Source: Ramazzottius varieornatus
Taxonomy: Eukaryota; Animalia; Tardigrada
Assembly: GCA_001949185.1 (NCBI GenBank)
Contig: BDGG01000011.1
Location: 517,552-581,551 of the forward strand
Length of the DNA: 64,000 bases
Direction: 5' to 3'
Under the pieces are notes generated by a model. The model saw nothing but the letters and a program-made list of their open reading frames with translations. It searched no databases and was not told where the DNA came from. Position 1 is the first letter of the stretch. Every line of letters begins with the position of its first letter. Positions 40,839-54,174 of this stretch are shown in pieces. A program made the translations under genes and the position numbers.

Positions 40839-41795
40839 CTAGCGTGCTTCATTGCGGGGTCCTTGGAATTCCTTGACGGCCAATGCGAAGCTGATCAAGT
40901 GGAAGATCGACAGGAAAAGAGCCAAAGACTACAACAATAAAACAGGAAATCAGCATTCTGACAGGGGGACAGGAGACACGAGGAACTTACCCCAGCAGCA
41001 ATGCGGCATCCCCAATCTTGGAAGAGCATGTCGGGTGATCGGTATACAGCGCGGGTCAGGCCAGCATCGTTGATGGCAATGCCTCCAGGTCCGATCAGTT
41101 GGCCGGCGGCGTTGGTCCGTACCTGGATCTGGTTACCATTAGCGTCCGTAACGATTCCGTTGACTGGCGCGCGGATTTCCCGTCCGTTCCAGGCTTCGCG
41201 GCAAGTCATGGCCAGCTGGACAATACCAGCTGTGGCCCATGCCAAGAACAGCAGGAAGTTGATGACAATTTCGAAATAACTGAAAAATACAGGGAAATAT
41301 TCAGAACACTGTTCACGAACACTGTTGCCGAATACTAGTGTTTCCAGAGTTTTCGAAGATTTTTCGAAAGACATCGGCAACAAGTTGAGCATAATTGTTT
41401 TTCAAAGTGACGCACCCTTTCGGTCAACAATGAAACCGCGCGCCGCTTGAGCTGACTTTTGCATGGTCGTTTCTGAAAGTGGCGCAAAATCTCGGTCAAG
41501 AACAACGGGAATGTGCGCCACTTGGAATAACGATCTCGTCCAAGTCATTTGCCGACGTCTCAATTTTTGATGAATTCAACAGGGTTACTCACGTGGTTTT
41601 TGGTATGAGGACCGACGAAACGACAGACCAAGCGAAGGTGGTCAGTTGGCCGAAAAGGTAGGTGAGGGCAGCAGCGCAGATGCACAGAAAGAAGACTTCA
41701 CCGGCCAGGAAGTACTCGACGGGCCATCCCACCACCGTTGTCGTACCTTCTCGTCGTCGGGAGGCAGCCAATCCAAGCGCTACCACCGTTACGAT
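40839..41795 (-). CDS. MARVEL/Snakeskin-like 4-TM protein, 3' cassette B (3 exons)
   Basis: IVTVVALGLAASRRR...GEVFFLC...EIVINFLLFLAWATAGIVQ...WGCRIAAGSLALFLSIFHLISFALAVKEFQGPRNEAR*. Phase-0 acceptor ATTAG|ATC; AATAAA (minus strand) at 40748-40753. Confidence 0.8.
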
Positions 41796-42237
41796 CTAAT
41801 ATTGATGCTCACAGTTACCACATGCCTGCACCAACTTTATAGTGTTGCATCTACCAAGTCCTTGCTACCGGTACCATTAAGGATTAGTCCCGGCTACCGT
41901 AGAACCAAGCGCTGCGAAACCATGGCCATCGCACTACAGAAGACTGAGCTTTGGGTTTTCGCGTTTTGGGGTATTTACGTTGGCATCTTAGTGAAGGAAA
42001 AAAATGTAAAGCTTTTGGAAACGCGAATTCGGAAGTGGAAAATACAACGTAGCTGCGTGTGTTAGGACATCACTATTGATATAATCCGCATACAGATAAG
42101 GCAAAACGAAGGACATGAAACTGTCATCTGAAGATTAGTTTGATCTAAAAGGTGTCTGGAGCATTGAACCTCATCATTCTCAAAGCTGTACAGTATAGCC
42201 AGCAGATACAAGCGTCGAAAAGACTGCCGCACTACGC

Positions 42238-42928
42238 TTAAGGCAATCTATGGGATTCAGTGTACTTTCGGGTTTCAATGACGTCCCGTTGGATACCGAC
42301 CGGGTGGTCGCGTGCGCTAATGGGGCTGGCACTGAGCGGCGCACTACGCTTGGGTCCTTGCAGTTCCTTGACGGCCAGGGCAAAGCTGATGAGGAAGAAG
42401 GTGCCGATGAACAGCGACAAAGCCTACAGACACGCCAGAGACTCATTAAGCGGCAAGCTCTTTTCTACCGAAGGCATGCTCAACCTACCCCAGCAGCCAC
42501 ACGGCATCCCCAGTCGCCCTGTTCCATCCCTGGACGACCATTGTAAGGGTAACTGTTGGGGACGGTCTGGGCCAGCTCGACGATACCGGCAGTCCAGAAC
42601 ATGAGCATGAAGAGAAAGTTGAAGACTACCTCGTGGATGGTCGTCTTCGGTGTGATAACTACAAGACAGGATTTCTATTGACTAAATTTCCCCGAAAAGC
42701 TACGAAGACCGAAGGAAATGGGACTAATATACCTGAAGACACGACATGCATCATGTAAGTCAGGAGGATGGCCACCAGCCACATCAGTCCGGCCGACATG
42801 ACGCACAGGAAAAAGACCTCGCCCGTCAGAAAGTATTCAATGCGCCATGAATCAGCCGCCGGCAGCTCGAGACCGGGAGCTTCTCGTCGACGTGAAGCGG
42901 CTAAACCCAAAGCCACCACGATGGTCAC
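42238..42928 (-). CDS. MARVEL/Snakeskin-like 4-TM protein, 3' cassette A (3 exons)
   Basis: VTIVVALGLAASRRR...GEVFFLC...EVVFNFLFMLMFWTAGIVE...WGCRVAAGALSLFIGTFFLISFALAVKELQGPKR. Phase-0 acceptor TTGTAG|GTG. Confidence 0.8.
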
Positions 42929-45900
42929 CTACAAGAACGATAGCCAGATGTCAACCTTTGGGCTTTTGCACTGACTGTCCCGATACCTCAACTACAGGGC
43001 GTGGCTTCGCTTTGTTCTCTTTTAATACAGAAGGCTGGTTCAACCCATGCAGAGGAAAACTCAAAAAGTACCACCGCTACCGCCACCATAAATGCACAAG
43101 GACTAAGCAGACACCAACACGCAACGGTAGAGGGCGCCACTGGGCATCACACGTTTGAAATTGAGCAAGCGGGTTAGTAGCCAGAAAGAAGTTAATGGTT
43201 GTGACTTTGAGGCCCAAGCAGCATGCGTGAAAATCTTTTACAGACGTAAAACAGACCATTAAAAGAAATGCCAAAGCTAGCCACGCCCTGTTTGTCTGTT
43301 TTGATTGCCGCCGTTTCATTGCTTTGAGTGCACGAGGGTATTACGCAAGAAGATCTCAACCTGCAATGTAAGCCTAAGTCAGCTTCTGAATCTCTGATGA
43401 TGATAATAGATGACGTTTTACGATGTGAAATGGGAGGTCTTCACAAAAAGAAATTGAGGCTAGTGTTTCACAGCTCGCTGCTGTAGCTGTAGCGCAAGAT
43501 GGATGAATTGGCCGAAGAGAAAAAGAGCTTGGTGTTATCTAGGTTTATCGTCTGTCAGTGGTGGATGGTAGAACGAGATGGACCTCTGGCGGCGATCTAG
43601 GTCTCGTCACGGTCAATGCCGCCCACCGCTACCGATATCTCTCTACCTTCAGCTGCAGATGAGATGGCCACGCAGCGACACTAAAAGCCTTCTTGACAAC
43701 TGCTCATTAATTTTTCACATCAAGGAAAAATGCTAGCTGCAATGTGGAGACGATGGCTTGAACTCAAAAAAAGAGCAGTGCGCGAGAAAGAATATGATCG
43801 AAGAGTGATAAGGTGAAATGTGCCTGCTGGGCTAGCGACCTATAATGAATGTGGAAGAGCCAGGTATCGATGTATAGGAAAGAAGAGCAAAAGGCCACCA
43901 TTACAGTATCACAAAATACCCTTCGTCTTCTACTGCCATCGACAATACGAAAGCTCAGCTAGAAAAGACGCGGCTAGGTCAGACCATCACCCCAAGCATC
44001 TACTACCACCACGATCAAAGCATATCTCAACAGTTAGATCTTGAGCTTGACATTCACCCACCAGAAAATTAGAGCGCACATAAACCATTAACAGGGAAAA
44101 AATCCGAATAAAACTAATTTAGAGTATTGCATGAAGTTTGTGTGCGGATTTACTCCATGGTTTGAAGCTTGGTGCTACCACTATTGCTTATGGCTAGTCA
44201 CGGATAAGGAAGCTCGTTGCTCTGTAAGTGTTCCATGGGCAAAGCTAAAGCGTACCGACGCCGCATGATTAACGCCATTTCACGATCGAACGTCCAAGTC
44301 AGACGTTCCAACAACTAGTGCCGCTTTGGCTTCCTTCCTCTTGCATTTGCATATGCAAGCACAGAGAGCATAGGTACGGGTACAGCGTGAGGCTTTTACA
44401 GGTCGAAAGATCCGGAGCTAGACTAGCTGCCTACCATTATCCTGATGACTTCCTGTTGTGTTACCTTTCAGCCTAGCTTACTGCACATCGATCGAAGGAA
44501 GGCGCTTCCCTACCTTTCCTCTTGTTGACAGCAAGATGAGAAACGAATGAAGCTAAATCCTCGCATTCCAGAGCGCTTAACCGACTGCGTAACCTCAACG
44601 AACATGAGGTTATGAAACGCACGTGAAAGAGATTGCCTGTAGGGTTCTTCAGGCATATACCCAGTCGTCGATGTCAGAGTGTGCTTTGTCAGCGTAACAA
44701 TTCGACCAAAAAGTCCAAACGCAAACAAACATTCGTGCATACACACACAAGCGCTTTTTCGGAAAAGTGTAATGGCTGTTTGCCGCTCTCTTTCCTCTAC
44801 CGCTCTGCCTGGCCTCTTTGTTGGTCAAAACTTGGGTAAACAACTTTGGAAGGTGAAGCAAGCTTTCGCCGGAACTTTTGTCGCCTCCATTGAGCGACAA
44901 TGGGACGGAATGAAAATCAAATATACGCCTTATGAAAACAGGAGGCAAGCTATACTTCCGCTATACTCCATCCGCACAGTCATCCTTTCCTGGAAAAATT
45001 GCCTTCGGTTGTCAACAGGTCGATATTTGGAACATTCCTTCCAATCGACCTCATGATGTAACCTCCGAATATCTTATGCAGGGTTATGCAACAAAAATCA
45101 GAAAAATTTTCTGGGTTTCAGCACAAAAAAATTGTTTGTCGCTCCAAGGAACAAAATTACAGATTTTGAGTCGTTGATATTTGGCACTGTTGAGAATAGC
45201 ATGGGTAGTATGTTTTCGGACAAAGCGATATTACACCAGATCGTCAAGTGGAAACAAGAGCTGAGTTTGTGCTTTTTTTTGTGAAAGTGTTCAAGTGCTT
45301 GTCATAGAGAATTCAATATATGGCTAGGTTAGCCCGCGCTTCCTGGCACAGCACAACGCGACACCGTGTTTGTGGTGCTAACACAAAAGAGGGGTGCTTG
45401 AATTGATTAATATGTGAACCAAGAAGCTCTGATTCACATTTAGAGTTTGCTGACGTATGCGGAACAGATCAGCGCTGAGTTTTATACTTCAAACCCAAGA
45501 CAAACAATCACTTAAAGTACCAGTGCGACGTCTCTTTTCTCTCTGATGGTGCGATGGCCAGTGACCTAGGCTACGCCAAGTGGCGGTTACACTCGGTTGC
45601 GTGTAGCTCCATCCTCTCCGTAATTAGTGCAAAGCGTAGCTGTAGCTCGAGTACACTCGGCCATTGTTGATGAGCCCAGCGCGCGCGTGTTAGTCAAGAG
45701 TAAACTGGGTGATGAGGGACTATACTATACATTGTACAATGACTGGCGAAGAACGATCTTGGTTAGTTAAGACCGTCACCGTTAGGTTAGTGCGTGGATA
45801 GGACTATGGTTAGTTAGAAGTCAGTCCAATCAAGAGTTCAAAGAGGAGAACAAGCTGGCCTGACGCCTGTGTAGTTGAGCTACCAGAGACTTCTCTGTTT

Positions 45901-45953
45901 TGTCAGTTAGGAGGGAAGTCTAAAGGTGTTGGTCAGTACGGGCAATGACTTAC

Positions 45954-46100
45954 CAGTTCGAGGACTTTGAGGATGCCGGGGATCTTGCCGAAATAGTTGA
46001 TGTTGAAGCCGGGCGTGGAGGTGATGGTGGCGTTGACCGAGTTGGTGTGGTTGCCGCGGATGATGCTGTAGTTCAGCGTTTTGGTCGTGGTAGTCACCAT
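45954..46100 (-). CDS. Shared first coding exon of the MARVEL-like gene (49 aa; below the ORF-track cutoff)
   Basis: MVTTTTKTLNYSIIRGNHTNSVNATITSTPGFNINYFGKIPGILKVLEL, then a perfect phase-0 donor |GTAAGT. NINYF..IPGILKVLEL matches the typical start of the MARVEL domain. Confidence 0.85.
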
Positions 46101-49100
46101 GATGATGGATCGGCTACAGGAATAGCACGGTAATCACTTGTGGAATCGAGGGGGAAATATCGTCGGGCAATATGGCGGAACGAGCCAGCGAGCGAGTGCG
46201 AGAAAAATATCCGTGAGAGAGTGATCGAGCTAGAGAGATTGTTATGGCTTTCGAGTGAGCCTAGATGTTGTGTCAAAGGCGCCAAGCTTTGTCGCTGAAA
46301 TGGAATGATGGAAATTACCAGCTATAAGCTGTAGCACAGGAATGTCGTCGAACGACTTTCTCAACCAGGTATATATGCTATAGTACGAGTTTTTCATTCG
46401 ACTTAAACAACCCCGACCGGTACTGTAGTACGCGGTCGACGGTACAGTCCAGTCGTGCTGACTTAGCAGATTACCATGTACCGCTGTGGCATTCAGGTGT
46501 ACAATAACAACGCCGTACAAATCGATGTTGCGATGCGCTGTACAGGTGGAATTGGATACGGGTTAGGTCAGACAGCGATGGCTCTAGATCTGTATCAAGA
46601 TCTCTTTGCCGTCCTAACTTCGTAGGCTGTTGGTTTGCACCCCCAAGCATACCATGAGAAACCGATGATTCCATTGAAAAGCAGCTTTCGGCACTTTTCC
46701 ACCCGTTCGAAGGGTACAACAACTTTCCTATAATGTTGCAGTATATGATCCACCAACAGGATCCTAATTCGAATTCCGAGCTGTGCGTTCTTTGTTGTTG
46801 CCGTACCGCAATAGGGTGTTTTCGCAGTGAATACTGCTGCAGCAGCACGAAACGTCTTTCTTATTCCGGGGTCATGTTCGTACGCGAAAAAGGCACGTAA
46901 ACAAGGATGAGGTCTCGCATATTAGCGTTAGGTTCGCGATGCCTCTTGCGTCGGAGATAACAGCTCCTCTCAGGCCGGTAGTTGCAAATTATGCTGCCCT
47001 ACCTGGAAACCCGGCACACGATCGATCGCCTTCCCCACGTATAAAATTGATCAAAGTATAACAGACCATATTTTGATGTCGAGTGAAAGCAGCTTACTGA
47101 AGGCAGATGATTGGTGGAGTTCCACACAAAGCTTGTTGTCTCTCAATCAAACGGCTCGATGCTCGTGGACCAAAAGATTTTTTTTATTAAAGTGTCGTGT
47201 GGGCGTTAACCGCACGAGAGCCTTCAAAAAGGACTCGATATTCGTTGTCGCTTGCGCATCATCGAACGGAATTGGAAGCAGGGACGAACAGAGGACCGAG
47301 CTCCCCGGAAAGACTTTGAAATTCAAGACGCAACTGTCACTTCCCTATTAAGTCAGACCCCGGTGAGGTGCCTAGTATATTTGCTGGCCACGGCACAAAA
47401 ATTCCAGAGAGTGTTACACCGTCCAGCTGCGTTCAATATTAAAATTTCAGTCTCTGGATGTTTGGCGAGTAACAGCACACTTGATAAAATCGTTTTCCCA
47501 AGTGGCGCACGGTTTAGGTACTAATGGCTGAAAGCATGCACCACTTAGTCAGAGCATGTTGGTGAGGTTTCCCAAGTGGCGCCCGTCTCCGGTGTTAATT
47601 GGTGGGGGCGTGCGCCACTTGCGAAACGATTTTGCTGAGCTAGCTTGACTCGGTCCCGGCTTGACCTCGGAAGTTTTACAGATTCCTAGAACTCAATCAG
47701 ATGACTTGAATGGTACTGATTGAAATGGACGTTTGTTGGTTGGAGCAGACGAACATGTAAATTTCCCGTGTTCGTGTCCCGACCATGACCATGTGTACAG
47801 CCCGACATTGTTCGAAGGCTGGATTCCCATACAGTGCCGAAAATTGATTTGACTTTGACATACCAAAGTTTAACAGACAATTAGATCACAAAAATTTCGC
47901 GCAATGCTCAGCGATCATCTAGTTAGCAACCCTTGTACACCGTATATATATCACTGGCTCACAACAATACCAAGAATAATTGAGCATGCCAAGATGACAG
48001 ACAAGTGCTGCAACGGCACGAAGAAGTTTGTGTGGCTTGGAAGGCCAACGCTAAGCTATTGCCGACACGACTGACTCAGCACTCGAGAATGTTTCTCTAT
48101 ACCTGAGGAAGCCTACCTGGTCACATTCCAGGCGCATTTTTTCTCCATCAGCTGCAAAACAAAACACACCGTGACGAACGCAAGTTGAGCGTCCTTCACC
48201 TTAGCGAATTTCATCAAGCCTCAGTCAGGCTGCACTGATACACGAAACCACAACTTCTTTACCACCTGCAAGCTGGCCTGTAGACAGACCCACCGAACAA
48301 TACACCGGCTCTGAGACGGTAATCGGGCCTTCTTTTGCCTCAAATCGAAACTCGGATTTTGGGAGACCCACATGTCAATACTTGTCAGGTGACATAACAG
48401 CCTTGAAATAGTTTCTTCAGCCGCGACCACATTCCTCATGACAATGTTGTCGGTGCTCCTATTTCCATATTAATCACATAGTCAGTGGGCTCCTTTCGGG
48501 TCATAAGCCTAATCACATGTCCTCAATTAGAAGATGGCAGACTTGCTGGTGCCAGTTCTAATTCGTGTACATGCTTCTTCGAGAATATTCTCTGTTTTAT
48601 TACGAGCCTATACGAGCGCGTGTACATGACTACTGGTTGCTGTGAAAGCGCGGCGGTTTCATTCTTCGTTACCGGTAATAAACAATGCGCCACGGAATTA
48701 GTTTGCAACCAGTTTTTCCGCATTTTTCTCTCAGAATATAATCTTCTTGTTTACGCAACAGACAGAAGATCACAATGTGCCATTGCGTCACCTGCTGTCA
48801 TCAACAACCCTGGCATGCTAAGAGAATAAATGCGAAATTGGATTCATCGATCAACTTCAGCACAAGAAGAAACACTGTGCATTATTCTGGATCGCGACGA
48901 TCGAGGTCTGCATAGATGCTAGTGCTTCTGCATTCCGCAATGTGGAGCCAGGCAAACAAACCCGACAAGACTGTTTTCCCAGATGGCGCACATCTAGATC
49001 TTCAGTGTTATGGGCTAAAGGCTCCAGTAAAAACCCATCTTGCCGTGTTTTCCCAAGTGGCGCACGTTTCCAGTGTCATCTGCGTAAAACGTGCGCGCCC

Positions 49101-50540
49101 TTGGGAAAACGATCAAGTAGAGTTCTTTTCCTGGAGCTCCCATGCGGTCCAAAGCCGGTCCCCGGAGATGTAGGAGTGGCGCCCTCTGGGGCGTGGTTTC
49201 CTGTCGGCCATTCCCCAGCAGGTGGCGCTCGCGCTGTTTTTTGGGGCCTCAACGGGATTCGGAGCGGATGCCCGATGCTTATTCTGATCCTTAAGAACAG
49301 GCTGCGGGCTAACCTGAGCTTCATCTTGAAGCTTTCTTGAGATGGGAAATGTTTGCGCTTTATTAGTGAACTGAACGTCAGCGATTGAATTGTACTGTTG
49401 TGCATAATTGTAGCCTATTGTCACCTTCGCATCTTTTCACCCTGCAACAATCGTAAACATACAGTAGCATTCATCGAACACATTCGAAAAGCTGGTCAAA
49501 CTGGAGCACCGATCTTTTCAAAAGCAATATCGCTAAGCACAGTGTTCTGTCGATAAGTTTCCAACTAGCTCCGATTGAAGGTGTATCGAATTGGGTAGGC
49601 GATGGAAACACTTCTCCCTGCTGGAATTTCAACATGCAAATTCAACTTTAAAGTTGAAGATGGAATCAGTTTTCTCGCGCTCGATTTTCCGATCAAGACG
49701 AGATCCCACTTTCTGGCGTTGATTAGTCAAAGCGGCGATCGTTAAACTATTACTGTACCTGTCATGTTTCTCATGCCGTAAATCGCGCTCTTCGATCTTT
49801 TTCGGAGATTTATCCATGCAGACACATCGAAACACTGCGTCGCTAAACTCACTGAACAAGTACGACTGTGGGGATCTCTGCAGGCTTGGCCCGAATATTT
49901 ATTTGCTGAATCGTCCTCGATTTTTTTGGCGACTTTTTCTGAGGCATCGAATTCTTGAGTTGTACAGGCCGACCGAACGAATCCTATGAGTTACTATTTT
50001 GATAGGTGTTGAGGTTTTGATTGTTGCTCTGAAGGTTAGACTCTCACAACCAGCCTTCGAGCAGCTCTCAAAATTTCACGTCCTAGCGCACAGCAGTTTT
50101 CGCACCATTGCGATTGGCTTATCTGTTGCTGCTGAAGTCCGAAAATAAGCCTGTCGCACCCGGGAGTATATTGTTTGTCATAGCTCTTCTGGCGGATATG
50201 AATACAACGGACGTTGTTGAAGTTGACCCTCTCAGTTTATGCAATTGTTGTCATGCCTGAAGGAACGTACAAGCGACAAAGAAAGTACAGTAAGTTCCTG
50301 TTCGCGAATTTAGCCAATTGCTGTATTCTGCAGTTCCTGCACAGTACTTAACTGTGCTACAAAGTTCAACTTAACACTCTGCCGTAAACAACAAATTTGT
50401 TTTCCATCTGATGTGTCAGAGGCAAGAACTTCATCATCTTCAACTGGTAGCTTTTCGTAGATCTAATCAGTCACTTCCTCGTTCAGAACTTCATTGGCGA
50501 CCTCGAACGTGTATTCATGTTTCTCTGCCCAAATCTCACC

Positions 50541-51102
50541 ATGCATTCGCCGATTGTTGCTTTGTTGATTGGAACGATCCTGTGCGCCGTAAGCGTTAAT
50601 TCTCCCACCAGCAAAAGGGAGGGCCGGCAAAAAATCTCGGAAAGAGTGTTGCCCCAAGTGGCGCAATTCTCAATGTTATTGGTTCGAAATGTGCGCCTTT
50701 CATGTTAACGATCATCCGGAAATTGTTTGCCGGCCTTCAAATCAATCTATAGGTTGTTTTCGAGAATTCTAGTGCTGAATGTGGTTATTCTGAACTCCAC
50801 CATATGTTGTGCAGGGTGGTTGCGTACCAGGAGCCAACGGAACAAATGGCATTCCAGCTGGAGCGCCGTCCGGTCCCAGTCTGAAGCAAGCTGGAAACGA
50901 ATTCAACGCGGGTATTCAGTCTATCGGGAACGCAGGAGCTACAGTTGTAAAGACCGGTGCCGAAAAGGTTGCCAATGCGGTTCGACCTGTCGTCCAGCCC
51001 ATCATCGCAGTGGGTAGCGCTGTTGGCCAGGCGGGAAAGGGCATTGCTCAAGCTGGTGCGCAAGGCATCCAGCAGATCGGTCAAGCTCTCCATGGTCAGT
51101 GA
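50541..51102 (+). CDS. Small secreted Gly/Ala-rich amphipathic protein 1 (111 aa; exons 50541-50588, 50815-51102)
   Basis: Signal exon MHSPIVALLIGTILCA, phase-0 GTAAGC...GCAG intron. Mature region contains AGNEFNAGIQSIGNAG. Confidence 0.8.
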
Positions 51103-51664
51103 GCTATTGGGACCTCAAAGAAACTTCTTGCTGTAATGGGTTCATTTTGCTGGCTGTTTTGGATGTGCGAGTTCGTAATCTTGATTCAGAAAAATTCAGA
51201 AACGACTGACGAAGTTACGTAAGATATATTTCAGGATATTCAGTGTATTAGGGTCTTTCCTGCTGAAAGTTGCTCAAGTGTGTTGAAAGATCGAAACTGG
51301 TTTTTTTACCATCATTACTGCTGACGGAATGTATTCTGGCTAGATAAGTCAACAAATAATATGAATCACGGTCGTTTGTGTCAAAATAAGGATGGTTTTG
51401 TAACGTCAAGTTCGGAGGCTCCTGCAGTAGGTTTTATTTGAAGGCTACCGTCAAATTACTTAACCGCCCTCAGACATTCTGTAGTGCCGGTGGTTCACTT
51501 CCTGTTGGAGTTTGTTTTTTTCTTGTTTCTGCCAGTTAAATCAGCTCGCTCCCTGGAAATCGACACCCTTCCGCATTGCTGTTGAATTAAGTCTTTCCAA
51601 CTACGGCAAACCTCTTTTGCGAGCCTCGGAATACATTTTGAATTCCAGTTTTACCGTTTCCGTC

Positions 51665-52236
51665 ATGACGTTACTTTCTTGCCTGACGTTTGTCGTCTTG
51701 CTGTCTGTCCTGGTAAGTAAACTCAAGGAACGAAATGGGACCCATCCGATCTAACTCGACAAATTCGTTCTCCCAAGCGGCGCCCGGCTCCTACCAGGAA
51801 CACGAAAACCGTGCGCCACTTGGGAAAATGATCTTGTCCAGTTTGTTTGCTGAGCTCCAGAATATCTTCAGAAACAGTTCGAGATGAGGTTTTCCGCTTT
51901 TGAATTTGACTGGACCGCATGCGCGCTTTCCTATTCGTCCAGGTTTCGACTACTGGAGGTCAGACGTTTCATGGAGCCGGACAGGAATTTCGCGCTGGAC
52001 TGGGGCAGATCGGCCACGCTGGAGTTCAAGCTGCTGGCGCCGTCGCACGACCGTTCGTAGAGGCCGGACGCGCAATCGCCCAACCTATCTATCAAGCGGG
52101 CCAGATCGTCGCTCAGCCCTTCATCTACGCTGGACAAAGAGTGAGCCAGGTTGGCCATGCCGTTGGAAACGCGGGCCGTGGAGTTGTTGGGGCTTTCGGA
52201 CAAGGCGGACGTGAAATTTACCAAGCTGTAGGCTAG
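51665..52236 (+). CDS. Small secreted Gly/Ala-rich amphipathic protein 2 (113 aa; exons 51665-51712, 51943-52236)
   Basis: Signal exon MTLLSCLTFVVLLSVL, phase-0 GTAAGT...CCAG intron. AGQEFRAGLGQIGHAG followed by 11-mer repeats. Confidence 0.8.
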
Positions 52237-52542
52237 CCAGAAGTCCTCCACCTTCTGTCAACTTCTATTGTTCCTTTAGGAGAGACTGATGACAGTTTTA
52301 TTCCGACAATACTCTGCGATCCCACAACTAGCCTCTGCAGATCGTTTCTTATTAGGCATGAGATGATTATGTAAGGGAAACGAACCTGATTATAATAAAT
52401 CTAAAAAATTGGCTGTACAGAAACAAGTTAAATGAAAGTGGCTGCAAACTGTAACTGTCCTGGGTAAAATTAGAGACTGATCACAGAGTAAACATTCGAA
52501 GCGCAAGCGAAGCTAGAGCTGAAGCTACCTAAGACTTTCGCA

Positions 52543-54174
52543 TCATGTGACTGTGTAGGTTGTCGATTCGTCGTCTTTACTCTCGAGAGAGAACGGCGGA
52601 ATTTTTACATCCACTGAGCTTCCATCGTCCTTCTCGAACCGGAAAGTCCTATGTAAAAGACCAGAACCGGTCAAAAGCAGTCCGGTCGAAAACTTTTCTG
52701 ATGGAGAAAAGACAATACCTACCCCCACATATGACCGGAAGGTGCTTGAAGACTGACATGCGAGCTGTACTGGAATGCGGGAAGTGACTTTGATAGGACA
52801 GGTTCTTGCCCTACCACGCCACGTCCCCGAACCGTTTCTAATGTCCCTGACAGAGAGAATATCCTCCAATGCCGCTCACGCAGCTGCAGTACTTGTTCGC
52901 CGAGATTCTCTAGCCGTATGCAGTACCTTGAAAAGAAACCAGGAGTGTCCTTTCATCACTGTCGGGACGTCAGCAAACCAACTGAACATGATCGCTTTCC
53001 AAGCGGCGCAGACTTGTAGACAATAATAATGAGAAAGTGCGTCACTCAAAAAAACCGGTCATGTGTACCAAATATATTTCGTTTACCTCCACCAGTAGAT
53101 ACTTTGACTTCCACCCTGCCCTGAATCCTTTTTACAGCCCATGTAGAAAGGGATGACTGTCACGCGGATATTCTCCGTGGTTTCGCGGTGGACATCGGAC
53201 AATTCTAGCCACGGGTGGTTACGGTCCTGCCAAGCCAGTAGCGTTTCCTTCCCTTCAAACTGGCCTTTTGTAGCATCAAAATGGAGAAACTTGTCGAAGA
53301 GCTCGTGAAAGATCGGACTCCTTTCCACACTGACGTATGGCAGAACATCTTCGTGCGAGATATAATCCAGACTGGCAAACCAACAAGAAAATACATTTAT
53401 TTCCGATATAGACCGTAACTCCGTACTGTACTGTGTGCCACTGCACCATTCACGACTTACTGATTTACGCATGACGTCATGGTGAAGCTCGACCAAACTA
53501 ACATTTCGACCAAGCCCCAACGCCAAAACACCTGACGCTATGCGCCGAGACAGACCAACTCGTTAATCACCAATCAACCAACTTACCCGGGTATTGCGTA
53601 CAATGAACGACTCGTTTCCGACTGATGTCCCAAGAACGTCACCGACTCTGTCTGCGCTCGAACGTACGGACAATCCCGCGAGTCGATCAACACCTGGTAA
53701 TATGGCACCGTCCTTCCTTTGACATCTCTGCCGGTTCCAATATTATGAAATTGAGGAGAACTTTCTGTTGACGACGAGGAAGCCGTCGTGGATTTCTCAC
53801 TGCTTGCCTCGGTAACGGGCTTGATTACATCTTTGCGGTTAACCAAATCGCGATCGAAGACTCGTGCCAGCCAAGGGAACAGTATGACACCTGCGCAGCG
53901 GAATCGTGAGCTTGGAATGAAGAATTAAAGGAAAGGGATACTAACCGCGGTAGCCGAAGATACGATGAAGAAACAGCTGGCCAGTGGCATATTTTCCTAT
54001 CTTTGGCTCTTCGAACTTGCCCACTTCCGCTAGTTTGACCGCGGAGCTGTTTGGTCTGCAAGGAGCACCCACTGGCTGGTATACTCTTCGGTGAAGGGAG
54101 GAGTATGGAGAGGCTGGAGGCTGGTATGCGAAGATGGAACGCACAGGAGAGATGCGAGCAACGCAAGCCGCCAT
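52543..54174 (-). CDS. POLDIP2: Polymerase delta-interacting protein 2 (YccV-like plus ApaG domains)
   Basis: GKYATGQLFLHRIFGYRG, YYQVLIDSRDCP, SRSLYAIPGLDY, HPWLELSDVHRETTENIRVTVIPFYMG, YWWRYCIRLENLG, TFRFE...IPPFSLESK. Confidence 0.95.

Noticed and set aside
43000-45900. Possible additional MARVEL cassette or nested gene in the long intron
   Set aside because: No GEV[FY][FY]LC or RIAAG-type exon and no credible spliced ORF found by eye.
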